From the human T2T-CHM13v2.0 reference genome, Homo sapiens, in assembly GCF_009914755.1 (NCBI RefSeq), contig NC_060937.1: a stretch of DNA of 64,000 bases. One strand, 5' to 3'. The translations under genes were made by a program, and so were the position numbers. Of this stretch, positions 15,828 to 29,896 are shown in pieces. A model generated the notes under the pieces. The model was not told the origin of the DNA. It worked only from the letters and a program-made list of their open reading frames with translations, and did not search any database. The first letter of the stretch is position 1, and the number at the start of each line of letters is the position of its first letter.

Positions 15828-16734
15828 ATTTTGGCACTTATTAATAATCAAGTCTTAGGTCTCTTTTGCCATTTTGGAATTGAAATGTGATGATTTTCTA
15901 ATTCTTTCATTCTTTCTGTATTTATTAACAGAAACTCTTCTATGAAGAGAGCTCTTTATCAATCATTTGTTTACCAGAAAAATAAAATACATACAAGAAA
16001 GACAGAATAAATGTTTTATGTGTCCCTTTATCTATTTTTTATGGTAATAAGTTATGTCCTAGCCACTTCTACTGATAAGCCATGGGATGATTTTCTTCTA
16101 GCATTATCATTGACGATTTCATTTGTATATATATGTTGTGTTTTTAGTAATTTGAGTCATTCTTTTTGATCCCAAATGATGTAATCTTTGGACAATGAGA
16201 GACCATTCAAGTTGGCTCCTGTGACCTTCTGGCATCCCATTAGCCTTTGACAGATTCCTTGCCTCCTGATACAAGGAAGGACATTCATTTTTTACATTTC
16301 TTTACTCAGCTCTACTATTGGTCATTGTTCCAAGGTGCCCTTGTTCATTTTAGTGGGTACTAGGGTGCTCATTGCTACTGGGCTTGTCATTGTTCCTGGG
16401 TCTTTTCAGTGGATAGAATTAGGAATGTGTACTTTTTTTTTCCAAGAAAAAATACATCATGAATTCTAATATACAGTTGTCTTGATAAATTTCCATCTGT
16501 CCTTTTGAAAAAGGCTAATAGATTTGAGATGTGTACTTTTCATGTTGTACTAATTAGAATTAACTTTGCTTCATAGAAGAGATATACTTGTAATATTCGC
16601 CCAAACAAGATCAAAGCTTTTATTGCCCATATAAATGCAATCTCATGATGCACTGTTCAAGAGCTCATTCGGCAGCTCTGTGTTATCATCAGTGACCCAG
16701 GCTCCCATCTTTCTTGCCATCTTAACATCTCAGC

Positions 16735-17690
16735 TTCAGTTAGCATGGGCCACCATTCAATCTATGCATTAGTCAACCAATTAAACCAAAAACCAGAAGA
16801 CTCCAAGCTGTCTAAGTTTTCACAAGGAATCCAGAATAACTGGTAAGCACACCCATATCCACAAATTCAGCTTGACTAAGTTTGAGTCCTTTTTTCCTTG
16901 GCATCACATACTCAAAACCTGTTTACATCTATATTCTCCAGATTTTTGCCAACCATATTGATGTGTACTCTGTATCTTTTCAGGTATGACTTTTAAATTG
17001 CTCCTCTGAGGAATCCTGGGATCTGACTCTAGGTATAGGTCTAGAGATAATGTGACAATAATGTGAGGGCATGAGGAAGAATTGCATTTCTCTTTCAGGG
17101 TAACTCCTTTATACAGGAATGCTATAAGGTCTTACAGCAAGGCAGGAACCATGTCATCAGACAGGAGAGGTAGGGGGGCTTCAACTGACAATTAGGAGGT
17201 TTAATGGAGGCTTTCAGGTTTGGTGCTGTCTGAGGCCTCTGAATTCTCCCATGTGTCTTTCTTCTAATTCTTGAAGTTCTGCTCTTTCCCACTAAATACC
17301 CAACCTTTCACATAGGAGACCTGACAGAAACAACAGAGTGTAATTTTGAGCTTGTTGTTCTCTGTTTGATATATCCGTGATTGTTAAAATTAACCATCTG
17401 ATTAACCCACAGTCTGTAATTTTCCTCATGCCCTTCATACTGTTCTATGGCAAGTCCCAAAGCTTTTTTTTTCTTTTTAAATTTTCTTTTATTTTTTTCC
17501 ATAACCCCAAAGCTTTTAATGGACTCTTTTAATTAGCTACTTTGCCATCTGCCATGGACTTCTAAGAGTCCCATGTCTTAATGTTGAACGTGCTTCCATT
17601 ATATTCAGCCACAGCCAGGCAAGAATCCTGTATTCTCCCCGACCTTCTTTTTCCTGAAGGATTGTTGATGCGACCTCCACAAACTAATTT
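16735..17690 (-). mobile_element. degenerate ERVL internal (gag-like) fragment
   Basis: minus strand agtcaagctgaatttgtggatatgggtgtgcttacc encodes SQAEFVDMGVLT, resembling the ERVL gag motif DQAEFIDMG; frame disrupted. Confidence 0.6.
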
Positions 17691-17990
17691 CAGAATTAGT
17701 CAAGGTTCTCAGTTGCAAGTAACAGAAATAGCTTTTAGCTGATACAAGCAGAAAAGAAGTATACTGAAAGGATATTGAAAAGAATCATATAGGGGGCTAG
17801 AGAGGTAGGCTCAGAAAATGGGCATAAAAAAGAAGAAACTCAGCAAGGAAAATGGCTAAAATCCTATGCAAAACTGATTTGGGTAGGACATTGTTACCAC
17901 TTTCACCACACCCTGAGCACAACAACTAGCAACTGTAATGCCACTGGCACCACCAGCATGTTTGCAGTTGCTGCTGCTGCTGGCACTGCT

Positions 17991-18257
17991 ACCACCATGG
18001 CCCTTGAATACTGCGTGCTGCTGTAGTACTGAATACTGATACCACTGTAGCTCTTGAATACTGGATACTACTGCAGTACTGAATACTGATATCACCATGG
18101 CCCTCGAATACCGGATGCTACTGCAGTACTGTGTACTGATACCACCGTGGCCCTAGAACACAGGATGCTACTGCAGTACTGAATGAATACTGATTCCACT
18201 GTGGCACTCGAATACTGGATGCTACTGCAGTACTGAATACTGATACCACTGTGGTCC
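17991..18257. repeat. 50-bp minisatellite, about 5.3 copies
   Basis: unit approx accactgtggccctcgaatactggatgctactgcagtactgaatactgat starting at 17991, 18041, 18091, 18141, 18195 and 18245. Confidence 0.95.
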
Positions 18258-18297
18258 TTTGCTCTGCCCTCCCACTGATGAATCCAAGCCTCCTTAG

Positions 18298-18634
<337 letters not shown>

Positions 18635-19549
18635 TAAAAGGCTAATTCTAATGACTGGCTAAGCCTTGATAATGCACTGATGACCTAACTATCACAATTC
18701 CTGGAAAGCAAGTGTCTGTCCTTTACTTCTTTAGAGGGAGGTAGGCTCTGCCATCTATAAAGACTCAAAAGGTAGGGAAGTGCCCCAAACATTAATAGGG
18801 AGTTTCAGATAAATATCTACTATGAGTTGGGAAATGCTATGTATGTTCTGAGGTTGGAAATTATGAAGAAAAGGTGGAAAAAACTCTGGATTGGAAGCTG
18901 GGTCCAGAACAAGGGAAGCCCTGGCAATCAAAGAAAGGCAGTTAGATTTTATATGATAGACAGAAAAAGTCACTGGAAATTGCAAAGGAAATTTGTGCAA
19001 AGGAATAAAAGGGGGGTTTAGGAATATTAATCTGCAACAGTTAGTGTAGAAGCACATTTGGAGAAAGGAGATTTTAGAGGCAGAGAAACCAAAGAACATT
19101 TCAGAGAACTCGCTAAATAGAAGGTGACATGTGCCTGAACTTAGATATTGTCTGCAGCAATGAAGGTGAAAAAATAGGAGAGTATTGTAGAGATTAAATT
19201 CTAGAGCTCCCTAACAGAACCCATGTCTCACCAAAGTATTACCATATTCAATTTTCTTGCTGATAAAAGTACCATGATCTCATTTAGAAATGTTCTATTC
19301 CCAAGTGAATTCAGTGGCTGCCAAGGGCAGCAGCTCTCAGAATATGGACATTTGGGGTTTCTGAGACCCTTGTAGTGGTTCTGCAAGGTTAAAACTATCT
19401 TCACGGTAATACTAAAGTGTTATTTGCCTTTTTCCACTGTGTTGAAATTTATACTGATGATGCTAAAGCACTAGTGGCTAAAACTGCTCCTTAGCATGAC
19501 TCAAGGCAGTGGTACTAAACTGTGGTAGGCACTGATCATTGTATTCTTT

Positions 19550-19866
<317 letters not shown>

Positions 19867-19883
19867 GATCTTTGTATTCTTTA

Positions 19884-20826
<943 letters not shown>

Positions 20827-20883
20827 AAGGATTCACACACACACACAAACACACACATGTGCACATCCACACACACACACATA

Positions 20884-21168
<285 letters not shown>

Positions 21169-21321
21169 AGAAGTATATATAAACACTTCGGCTGCATATC
21201 AAAATATATTGAGATATTTTGAGGAAAACAGTTGTGTCATTGTTTAAATTGCAAACTGTATTAGCCTCCTCCATGCATTGGAACATGATTTTTTTTTCTG
21301 GAAAGTATGACTGACAGACAT

Positions 21322-24300
21322 GTAGATTAAACAACTTGCTCCTGAATGACTTTTGGGTACATGAAATTAAGGCAGAAATAGAAAAATTATTTCACAGAAA
21401 TAAAAAACAGAGAAACAACAAAACAAAATCTCTGGGATGCAGCAAAAGCAATGTTAACAGGAAAGTTTATAGAGCTGAACGCATACCTCAAAAGGTTAGA
21501 TTTCAAATTAATGGCATAACATCACAGCTAGAGGAACTAGAAAAACAAGACAAACTAACCTCAAATCTAGTAGAAGAAAAGAAATAACTAAAATCAGAGC
21601 AGAACTGAACAGAATTGAGACCCAAAAATCCATACAAAGGATGAACAAAACCAAAATTGGTTCTTTCAAAGGATAGACAAGATCAATAGGTGACAGCTAG
21701 ATTAAAGGCAAAAAGAGAGAAAATCCAAACAAGCACAATCTGAAACAATAAAGGTGACGTTACAACCAATTCTCTAGAAATACAAAAGATCCTCAGAGAC
21801 TATTAATGTCACCTCTACTCACACAAACTAGAAGATATGGAGGAAATGGATAAGTTCCTGGAAACACACAACCTCCCATCATTGAATCTGGAAGAAAATG
21901 AACCTGAACAGATCAGTGTTATGTTCCAAAATTGAATCAGTAGTAAAAACCCTACCAACCAAAAAAAAAAAAAAAAAAAAAAAGCCCTGGACCAGATGGA
22001 TTCACAGCCAAATTTTACTAGATGTACAAAGAAGAGCTGGTACCAATCCCACTGAAATTATTTCAAAAAATTGAGGAGAAGGGATTCCTCCCTAACTCCT
22101 TCTACAAAGCCAGCATCACTCTGACACCAACACCTGGCAAAGACACAACAAAAAAAAGAAAAGTACAGGCTAATATCCCCGATGAACATAGACACAGAAT
22201 TCCCCAGCAGAATACTAGCAAACTGAGTCAAACAGCATATCGAAAAGTTAATGCACCATGATCAAGCAGGCTTCATTCCTAGGATGCAAGGTTGGTTCAA
22301 CATATGCAAACCAATAAATGTGATTCACCACATAAACAAAATGAAAAACAAAAAGCATATGATCATATCAATAGACGCAGGAAAAGCCTTCAATAAAATT
22401 CAATATCCCTCATGACAAAAACCCTCAACAAACTAGGCATGAAGGAACATACCTCCAAATAATGAGTTATCTATGACAAAGCCACAGGCAATCACATACT
22501 CAATGGGCAAAAGCTGGAACCATTCCCCTTGAGAAATGGAAAAAGACAAGGATGCCCATTCTTATCACTTTTATTCGCATAGTACTACAAGTCCTAGCCA
22601 GAGCAATTAGACAAGAATAAGAAATAAAAGGCAACCAAATAGGAAAAGAAGAAGTCAAACTATCTCTCTTTGCTGACAATATGATACTATACCTAGAAAA
22701 TTCAAAAGTCTCTGCCAAAAGGTTCCTGGAACTGATCATCAACTTTAGTAAAGTTTCAGGATACATAATCAATGTACAAAAGTCAATAGCATTTCTATAC
22801 ACTAATAATGTTGAAGCTGAAAGCCAAATCAAGAATACAATCTCATTTGCAATAGCTGCAAAAAGAGTAAAATACCTAGGAATACATCTAACCAATGAGA
22901 TGAAAGATCTCTATAAGGAGAATTACAAAATATAGCTGAAAGAAATAGCTGAAAGAAATTACAAAAAATAGCTGAAAGAAACAAAAGGAAAATATTCCAT
23001 GCTCATGGACTGGAAGAATCAATATTGTTGAAAGGCCATACTGCCCAAAACAATCTATAGATTCAACACCCTTCCTATCAAACTACCAATGCCATTTTTC
23101 ACAGAATTAGAAAAAACTATTCTTAAATACATATGAAACCAAAAAAGAGCCTGAATAGCCAAAGCAATCCTATGCAAAAAGAACTAAGCTGGAAGCATCA
23201 CATGACCCAACTTCAAACTATACTATAAAAGACTACAGTAACCAAAACAGCATGGGTACTGGTACAAAAACAGACACATAGACCAATGAAACAGAATAGA
23301 GAACCTGTAAATAAACCTCATACCTACAGCTGTCCAATCTTTGACAAAGTTGACAAAAACAAACAATGGGGAAAGGACTCCCTATTCAACAGATGGTGTT
23401 GGGGATAGCTCGTTAGTCACATTCCAAAGAATGAAGCTAGACCTCTGCCTTTTACCATATGCAAAAATCAACTCGAGATGGATTAAAGACTTAAAAGTAA
23501 GACCTCAAACTATAAGAATCCTAGAATAAAACATAGGAAACACCATTCTGGACACTGGCCTTGGGAAAGAATTTATGATTAAGTCATCAAAAGCAATTAC
23601 AACAAAAACAAAAATTGACAAGTGGGACCTAATTAAACTAAAGAGCTTCTGCATAGCAAAATAAACTATGGACAGAGTAAGCAGAGAGTCTAGAGAATGG
23701 GAGAAAATATTCACAAACTATGTATCTGACAAAGCTATAATATCCAGAATCTGTAAGTAACTTTATTCAACAAGCAAAAAACAAACAACCCCATTAAAAA
23801 GTAGGCAAAATACATGAACACACATTTTTCAAAAGAAGACATATATGTGGCCAACAAGCAAATGAAAAAATGCTCAACATCACTCATCATTAGAGAAATG
23901 CAAATAAAAACCACAGTGAGATACCATCTCATACTAGTCAGAATAGCTATTATTAAAAATTCAGAAAACAACAGATGCTGGTAAGGCTGTGGAGAAAAGG
24001 GTACACTTATACACTATTGGTAGAAATGAAATTAGTTCAGCCACTGTGGAAAGCAACTTGGAGATTTCTCAAAGAACATGAGAAACAGAACTACCATTTG
24101 ACACAGCAATCCCATTGCTGGCTATATATCCAAAGGAAAACAAATAATTCTACCAAAAAGACATATGCACTTGTATATTCATTATGGCACTACTCACAAT
24201 AGCAAAGACATGGAATCAACCTAGGTGCCCATCAGTGGTGGATTGGATAATAAAAAGTCGTACACACTACACAGACATGAAAGAAACAAAATTATATCCT

Positions 24301-24630
24301 TTGCAGCAACATGGATGTAGCTGGAGTCCTTTATCCTAAGCAAATTAATGCAGGAACAGAAAACCAAAATATTACATGTTCTCATTTATAAGTGGAAGCT
24401 AAACATTGGGTATTCAAGGACATAAAGATGGCAACAATAGACACTGTGGACTACTGGAGAGGGAAGTGGGGGAGGAGGGGAAGAGCTGAAAAACTGCTAG
24501 GTACTATGCTCACTACCTGGGTGACAAGATCTATCGTAACCCAAATCTTGGCATCATGCAATATACCCATGTAACAAACTGGCACATATACCCACTGAAT
24601 CTAAAATAAAAGTTGACCTGATTAAAAAAA
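21322..24630 (+). mobile_element. 5'-truncated LINE-1 (old L1PA, L1PA15/16-like) with disrupted ORF2 and 3' UTR
   Basis: ORF2 peptides in the ORF track ([40 protein letters not shown]); RT motif SLFADNM at about 22665; multiple stops and frameshifts; 3' end ctgaatctaaaataaaagttg; degenerate TSD gactgacagaca/gattgatgaca. Confidence 0.95.
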
Positions 24631-25407
24631 AGATTGATGACAAATATGATCTTTCATTCTTGGCTATTTGGCAGATATTTTCTTCAAAGTGAATGAAATG
24701 AACATGTCACTTCAAGAAAACAATAATACTTGTTTCCCGTGATAAAATTTAGAATTTTGAAAAATTTCTATCAGCCACCATGAACTAGACAGTATCCTAA
24801 CACTTAACAATTTTTCTAACGATTGTTAGTGAAATTAATAAATGTGATTTTTTTGGTATGGTATAATGAACTATGTCAGTATTTAGAAGATCTATATAGC
24901 TCAGTGAGCCAATAATTGCCAAACGACCAAGGCAGGATGTTGCAAAATCATGGGTAAGAAATCCACTCAAAGTGCAAGACAGATCAATAGATTTTACTGT
25001 AACAGAGAATGTAAAGTTCACTGCTATGATTTTAGATTCCATGTTGCAACTAACCTCTAAGAAACTATCACTTGTGCAGTTTTGATGTCGTTATCAAAGA
25101 ATAATATCCACAATTATCTGGAAAGGCTACTGAAATACTCTTCTCTTTTTCAACTGTGAGTCTACATAAGACTGGATTTTCTTCATGTACTTCAATCACG
25201 ACAATGTACTAGACCAGATTGAATGTAGAAGCAGATATGGAAATCTGAATTCTTTTCTATTTGGCAAAATATTAAAGGATTTGCCAATATGTAAAATAAT
25301 ACCAGCCTAATTATTTTTCAGTTTTGAAAAGTATGTTAACATATAAATAGTTTATTATTATTTTTCACAAAAAACACTTTCCTGATTATTATTATTGTTG
25401 TTTTTAT

Positions 25408-26157
25408 AAATGACATCATTGGCCATTAGGGAAATACAAATCAAAGCCACAATGAGATATCACTTCACATCCACTAGCGTGGCTACTGAAAAAAAACAGT
25501 AATGAATATTTCTACATTGCTGGCAGGAATATAAAATAACACGCTGTCTCTTTGGAAAACAGTTTGATAGCTCCTCAAACAGTTAAACAGAGAGTTACCT
25601 ATCATATGACCCAGAATTTTCATTCCTAGATATATAACTAAGAGAACTGAAAACATAGGTTCACAAAAAATCTTGTACACAGATCTTCAGAGCACCATTA
25701 TTAATAATAGCCCAAAGTGGGAACAATGGAGATGTCTCTCAGTTGATGAATAGATAAACAAATGTGGTAAACACACACAATGGAATATTATTCAGTCATA
25801 AAAATGAATGAAGTGCTGATTCATGCTACAACATGGATTAACCTGAAAACGTTATGCAAAGCTAAAGAAGTTAGTCATAATAGGCCATATTCTACAATTC
25901 CATTTATATGAAATGTCTAAAATAGGCAAATCCATAGAGACAGAAAGTAGAATAGTGATTTTCAGAGGCTGGGGGAAGTAGGAATGGAGAGTGACTGCTA
26001 ATGGATATATAAGTTTCTTTTGGAGTGAAGAAAACATTCTGGAATTAGATAGTGGTGATGGTTGCAGAACCTTGTGAGTACACTAAAAAAATCCACTGAA
26101 TTGTACACTTTAAAATGGTGCATTTTATGGTATGTAAATGATACCTCAATAAAAAAT
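25408..26157 (+). mobile_element. L1MB-type 3' end
   Basis: cattagggaaatacaaatcaaagccacaatgagata...ttagatagtggtgatggttgcag...ttgtacactttaaaatggtg...ctcaataaaaa. Confidence 0.88.
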
Positions 26158-26188
26158 ATTATCTGCCAGGTGTATCATAAGCGCTCAG

Positions 26189-26852
26189 TGTGATCTGGGA
26201 GATCAAAATAGATGCTCCTTTATTAACTAAGATGGACTCTAAAAAGTTGCCTATTAGTTGAGGGTTTAGGACCCAGCTGGCATGGCAGATTTATAGATTC
26301 CCATGGCTACAAGAAAAACAAATTATTGCTAAACTCTCTAACCACAGGAGCTATCACACCCCTCCTATCTCTGATTTACAATCCAGACAACTTCAACTCT
26401 GACTGGATAGAGGACTGGTCTTACAAATATTTTTTTCTGTTAAGTGACTGCAGACCTTAAGCCAGTTTCAGTCAAATTATAGAGGCTGCACACAAACTGT
26501 CTTTGTGTCCTATGATTCACTGTTTGATGTAAGAACCAAATTCCACCTCATTTTAATGCTAAAATCCTGCCTCAAGGTGAACATGGGATGTATGTTACAT
26601 ACATGTTTAACCATGCATTTGGCTCCCTACATAAAGATGTAAAGCTTTTCTCCGAAACCTGCTGAACATGTATGATTTTACTGTGTAATTTGGAGACTAT
26701 CAACAATAAAACCCAACTCGTTCTTCCCGTCTTTGAAGAGGGAGCATCTTTGTTCAATGCTGGAGACTTTCTCTTCTGGGCTTGCAAACTGATGTCACCA
26801 ATGAAGCTCTCCTTTCTACTACTTAGCCATTCTGGTGGTCTTTTGGGTGACA
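26189..26852 (+). mobile_element. ERV1 solo LTR, MER39-like
   Basis: tgtgatctgggagatcaaaatagatg...ccaaattccacctcattttaatgctaaaa...ggtggtcttttgggtgaca; 4-bp TSD tcag/ttag. Confidence 0.75.
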
Positions 26853-27504
26853 TTAGCCATTAGTAATGAAGTTATTGCCATTGAATAGCAGGGTTTGAAG
26901 GGTTTAACATTTGATGTAGGTCATGCAAAGATAACAAATACTGGCGAATTTAGAAGAAGGCAACTTTAAAATTTTTGCTTCTGGCCTTACTAGCCCTAGT
27001 GCCTTCCACTCATTTAGATGCTAATGATCATTAACATAAGACAAAATCCCTACCTTTTTCACTTTTTAGCAAGAGTGACCCATGACTTAGTGGATAAAAC
27101 TATCTGATTTCATGACACTTGCTGTGATCTGAGGGTAACTGCTGTTAGGAAAAGAAGGAAGCCAGATGGAGAGTGGTTGGAAGTTGAGGGTAGCGTTGGA
27201 GTGGGAGGTAGTCTTTTTTGTGAGCACAGCAGGAGGAATATCTTGGCAGTGATGATACTCCAACAATCTGGCTAGAAGTGGGATTCATAATTTACTCTAT
27301 GTGAATCAGAACTCTGCTCATAGGTCTTTTCCCCTTTTTGGAGGGACCAGCAAGAACAGCAGAGCCCCAGTTCTAGCAGGAGGAGGTTCAGGGTCCTCAC
27401 TCCCATTGGGAGGAGACAGGAATTGGAATGGAAAATTGAGAAAGTAAAAGAACTTATATTTGAAGAGTGAGAGTCCTTTGAAATGATCAGGCCCAAAGAG
27501 GAAT

Positions 27505-27857
27505 TGAGACAGTAATCATGTATACTGCCTCCCTTTAGAGCTACCTATTCATCTCTTGAAACTGCTTGCTATTTTCACAAGTAGCTATAAATTAACTTAA
27601 TGCTGCACTGGACAATATAACGTGCACACAATAGCTTAATAATGGATAGCCAGTCAATAGCTTAAGTTATTTTAATGTAAATTATCAGCAAACAGCTCAG
27701 AAATGGCCTCTTCTTTCTCTTTAAACACCTACTTGTAACTCCTGCTAATTAGAGCAATATTCAAAGCAACTTGAATCGATGATTCTGGGTTGGAATCCTC
27801 AAGCCAAATAAATTCTTCACTTATATTAATTTTGCCTCAGCAAAATTAATGTCAACA
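27505..27857 (+). mobile_element. ERV1-type LTR (MER65/MER90-like, uncertain)
   Basis: ttgtaactcctgctaattagag...caacttgaatc...cctcaagccaaataaattc...gtcaaca. Confidence 0.55.
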
Positions 27858-29014
27858 AGATCAACTACAGAGACCAGATGATATTGTTGAGCATAAAGAA
27901 AATGCTTCAGTTTTACCGGTTACAGAGTCACAATGTTTGCCCTGTGTACAGACCTTAGAATTAGAAGTAAGTCTAGATCCAATCAGCCATGATTAAAAAA
28001 AAAAAAAACCTAGACTTATATGTTGGCTTGGGAGGAATTTCTAAAAGTGTTAAATGCTTATTTGTCTTGCATTGTGGACTGCTATTTGCTTTTTGTACAA
28101 GTTTTAACAAATGATGAGGGTATTTACTATTACTGAAAAACAAAATTACTTAATTACTGAATATTACTGAATGGCAAAAAGAAAAAATAATCAATCAATA
28201 CAAATTGTGGACACATCATATACTGAAAACATAGAAAGTGGGGTCACTGAAAAGTATGAACTATAGGAAAACATATTTTGCAATTTTGTTGAGTTTTATT
28301 GTATATTTTTAAATTGGTTTAATTACCATTTTTAAGGATAAAAACTTTCTCTTTTTTCGCTGAGAACAAGACCTAGTTAACAGAAATATAAATAGTGATT
28401 TACATAACAATAACTCTTTTGGCATTAGAAAAGCTGGGCATTTGGTCTTCTTTAAAGGAAAAGCTTGTTCTCTGTAGGATACATCAATGTTTTTATCTTA
28501 ATATTTTATAATCTTTGCATTATTTTCTGAAATCTGAATTTGAATACATAATATATCATCACACTCCTTGTCAGCATGCCTAAAAAGGCCTCTCAATTTT
28601 TATAATTTAACCCAACCTTACTTTGCAATGGCACCATCTGCTACTTCCTGGTATTTGCCAGCCACAGAGATTAGGCTTCTCAATATTCCCCAAATTAGCC
28701 TTGTTTTTCAATGTTTGTGTCCATACCACTTTTCTTCTTTCCTGAGTGTTCCTCTCCCCTTCTTAGCCTGCTCCATTTCTGTCAGTTTTCTCTGTGAACA
28801 TAGGCTTGGCTGCACCACACAGATCAGTCACTCTGTGTTCCTACCGTGCTCTGCTCCCCCACACATAGTGTCTGACGGTGACTTTTCACTATGACTTCTG
28901 CACTGGTGCCTCAGGAGTCTCCTCATGTGATGTGTGTGTGTGTGCATGTGTGTGGTAACTGGCATTTGGGTAGGCAGACTTCCTGGCCTTCCAACCAACT
29001 CAAGTGTTAAATAA

Positions 29015-29426
29015 TGACAGGGTTCAGAAAGTGCTGCCCCAAAAATGTGGCACCTTGGCATCTGAGAAAACAGCAGAAGCAGGAAGGTCTCTCTGGCTCT
29101 TCCCTGCTCCTCTCTCATGAAGCAAGCCCTAAAAGAATTATCCGATCTTCTTCTGAAGAGGTCCTCATTCAAAAGGTACCTTCCTTAGACCCAGAGAAAA
29201 GGAATGTCCTTATCATACTTCACAACTGTTCACGTTTGATCAAACCAAAGAATAAATATATGCAGGTTTCCCTGTTTCTTTGGGTCTTCATTATTGAAAT
29301 CTCCTGTATCATGTAAAATGTACATTAAATAAATGTGTATGCATTTCTCTTGGTAACTTGTCTTTTGTTACAGGAGCATCAGCTTGAACCTAGTGATGAG
29401 TGAAAAAAGATGTTTTGGTTCCTACA
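29015..29426 (+). mobile_element. ERV1 solo LTR, LTR37-like
   Basis: tgacagggttcagaaagtgctgccccaaaaatgtggcaccttggcatctgagaaaacagcagaagcagg...cctaca. Confidence 0.65.
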
Positions 29427-29539
29427 ACAGAGTAAATCTACTTTATTTGTTTTTTTCTACACAGAGTTTCCATAGAAAAGTATTATGTTTGAAGAAAGAG
29501 TCCATTTTTTTTTTTAAATCCTAAAAACCACTTGTACAG

Positions 29540-29896
29540 AGAAAAGAGAATGAACTCTGGAGTCAAAGAGATCTTAGTTGGCATTTAAGCCTCACCACTC
29601 ATTAGCAGGGTAACCTTGGTGACTCATTGAGTCTCTCTGACCTTAGTTTCTCATTTGGAATATTGGATGAATAATACCTAGTGGGCAGGATCATTGTTAA
29701 GATTAAATAGAATTCTGTGTATAATGTGTCTGGCCTGTTAATGAATGCTAATTCCTTGCTTCTCCTTTCAGCATATAACATGTATAATTTTAACAATGTG
29801 TTTACATCCCCCACTAGAATATACAGGCAGGGAGGGAGACAAAGCACAGTGTCTGGCCTAGGCCAGGCGCTCAATAAATGTTTGATGAATGAATGA
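29540..29896 (+). mobile_element. MIR followed by L2 3' end
   Basis: actctggagtca...ccttagtttctcatttggaa; cccactagaat...gcgctcaataaatgtttgatgaatgaatga. Confidence 0.7.

Larger units (their letters stand above)
14400..16480 (-). mobile_element. L1MC4/5-like fragment carrying two Alus
   Basis: aagcaaatcccagacgtcatatcatttcatccataaatatt...ttcaagttggctcctgtgacctt...tagggtgctcattgctactggg. Confidence 0.7.

Noticed and set aside
17991-18257. Palindrome-containing 50-bp array as CRISPR, or as a coding repeat (ORF 17856-18098)
   Set aside because: No unique spacers; a period of 50 breaks the reading frame; it lies within an LTR fossil.
21336-24202. ORFs with reverse-transcriptase similarity as a functional gene
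   Set aside because: Fragments of a 5'-truncated L1 ORF2 with many stops and frameshifts and a degenerate FADN catalytic motif.
24631-25300. Domesticated hAT transposase (ZBED/Buster-like) gene
   Set aside because: No long ORF; Charlie1 remnant broken by several insertions.
27272-27496. 74-aa minus-strand ORF as a processed pseudogene
   Set aside because: No recognisable protein similarity, poly-A tail or TSD.
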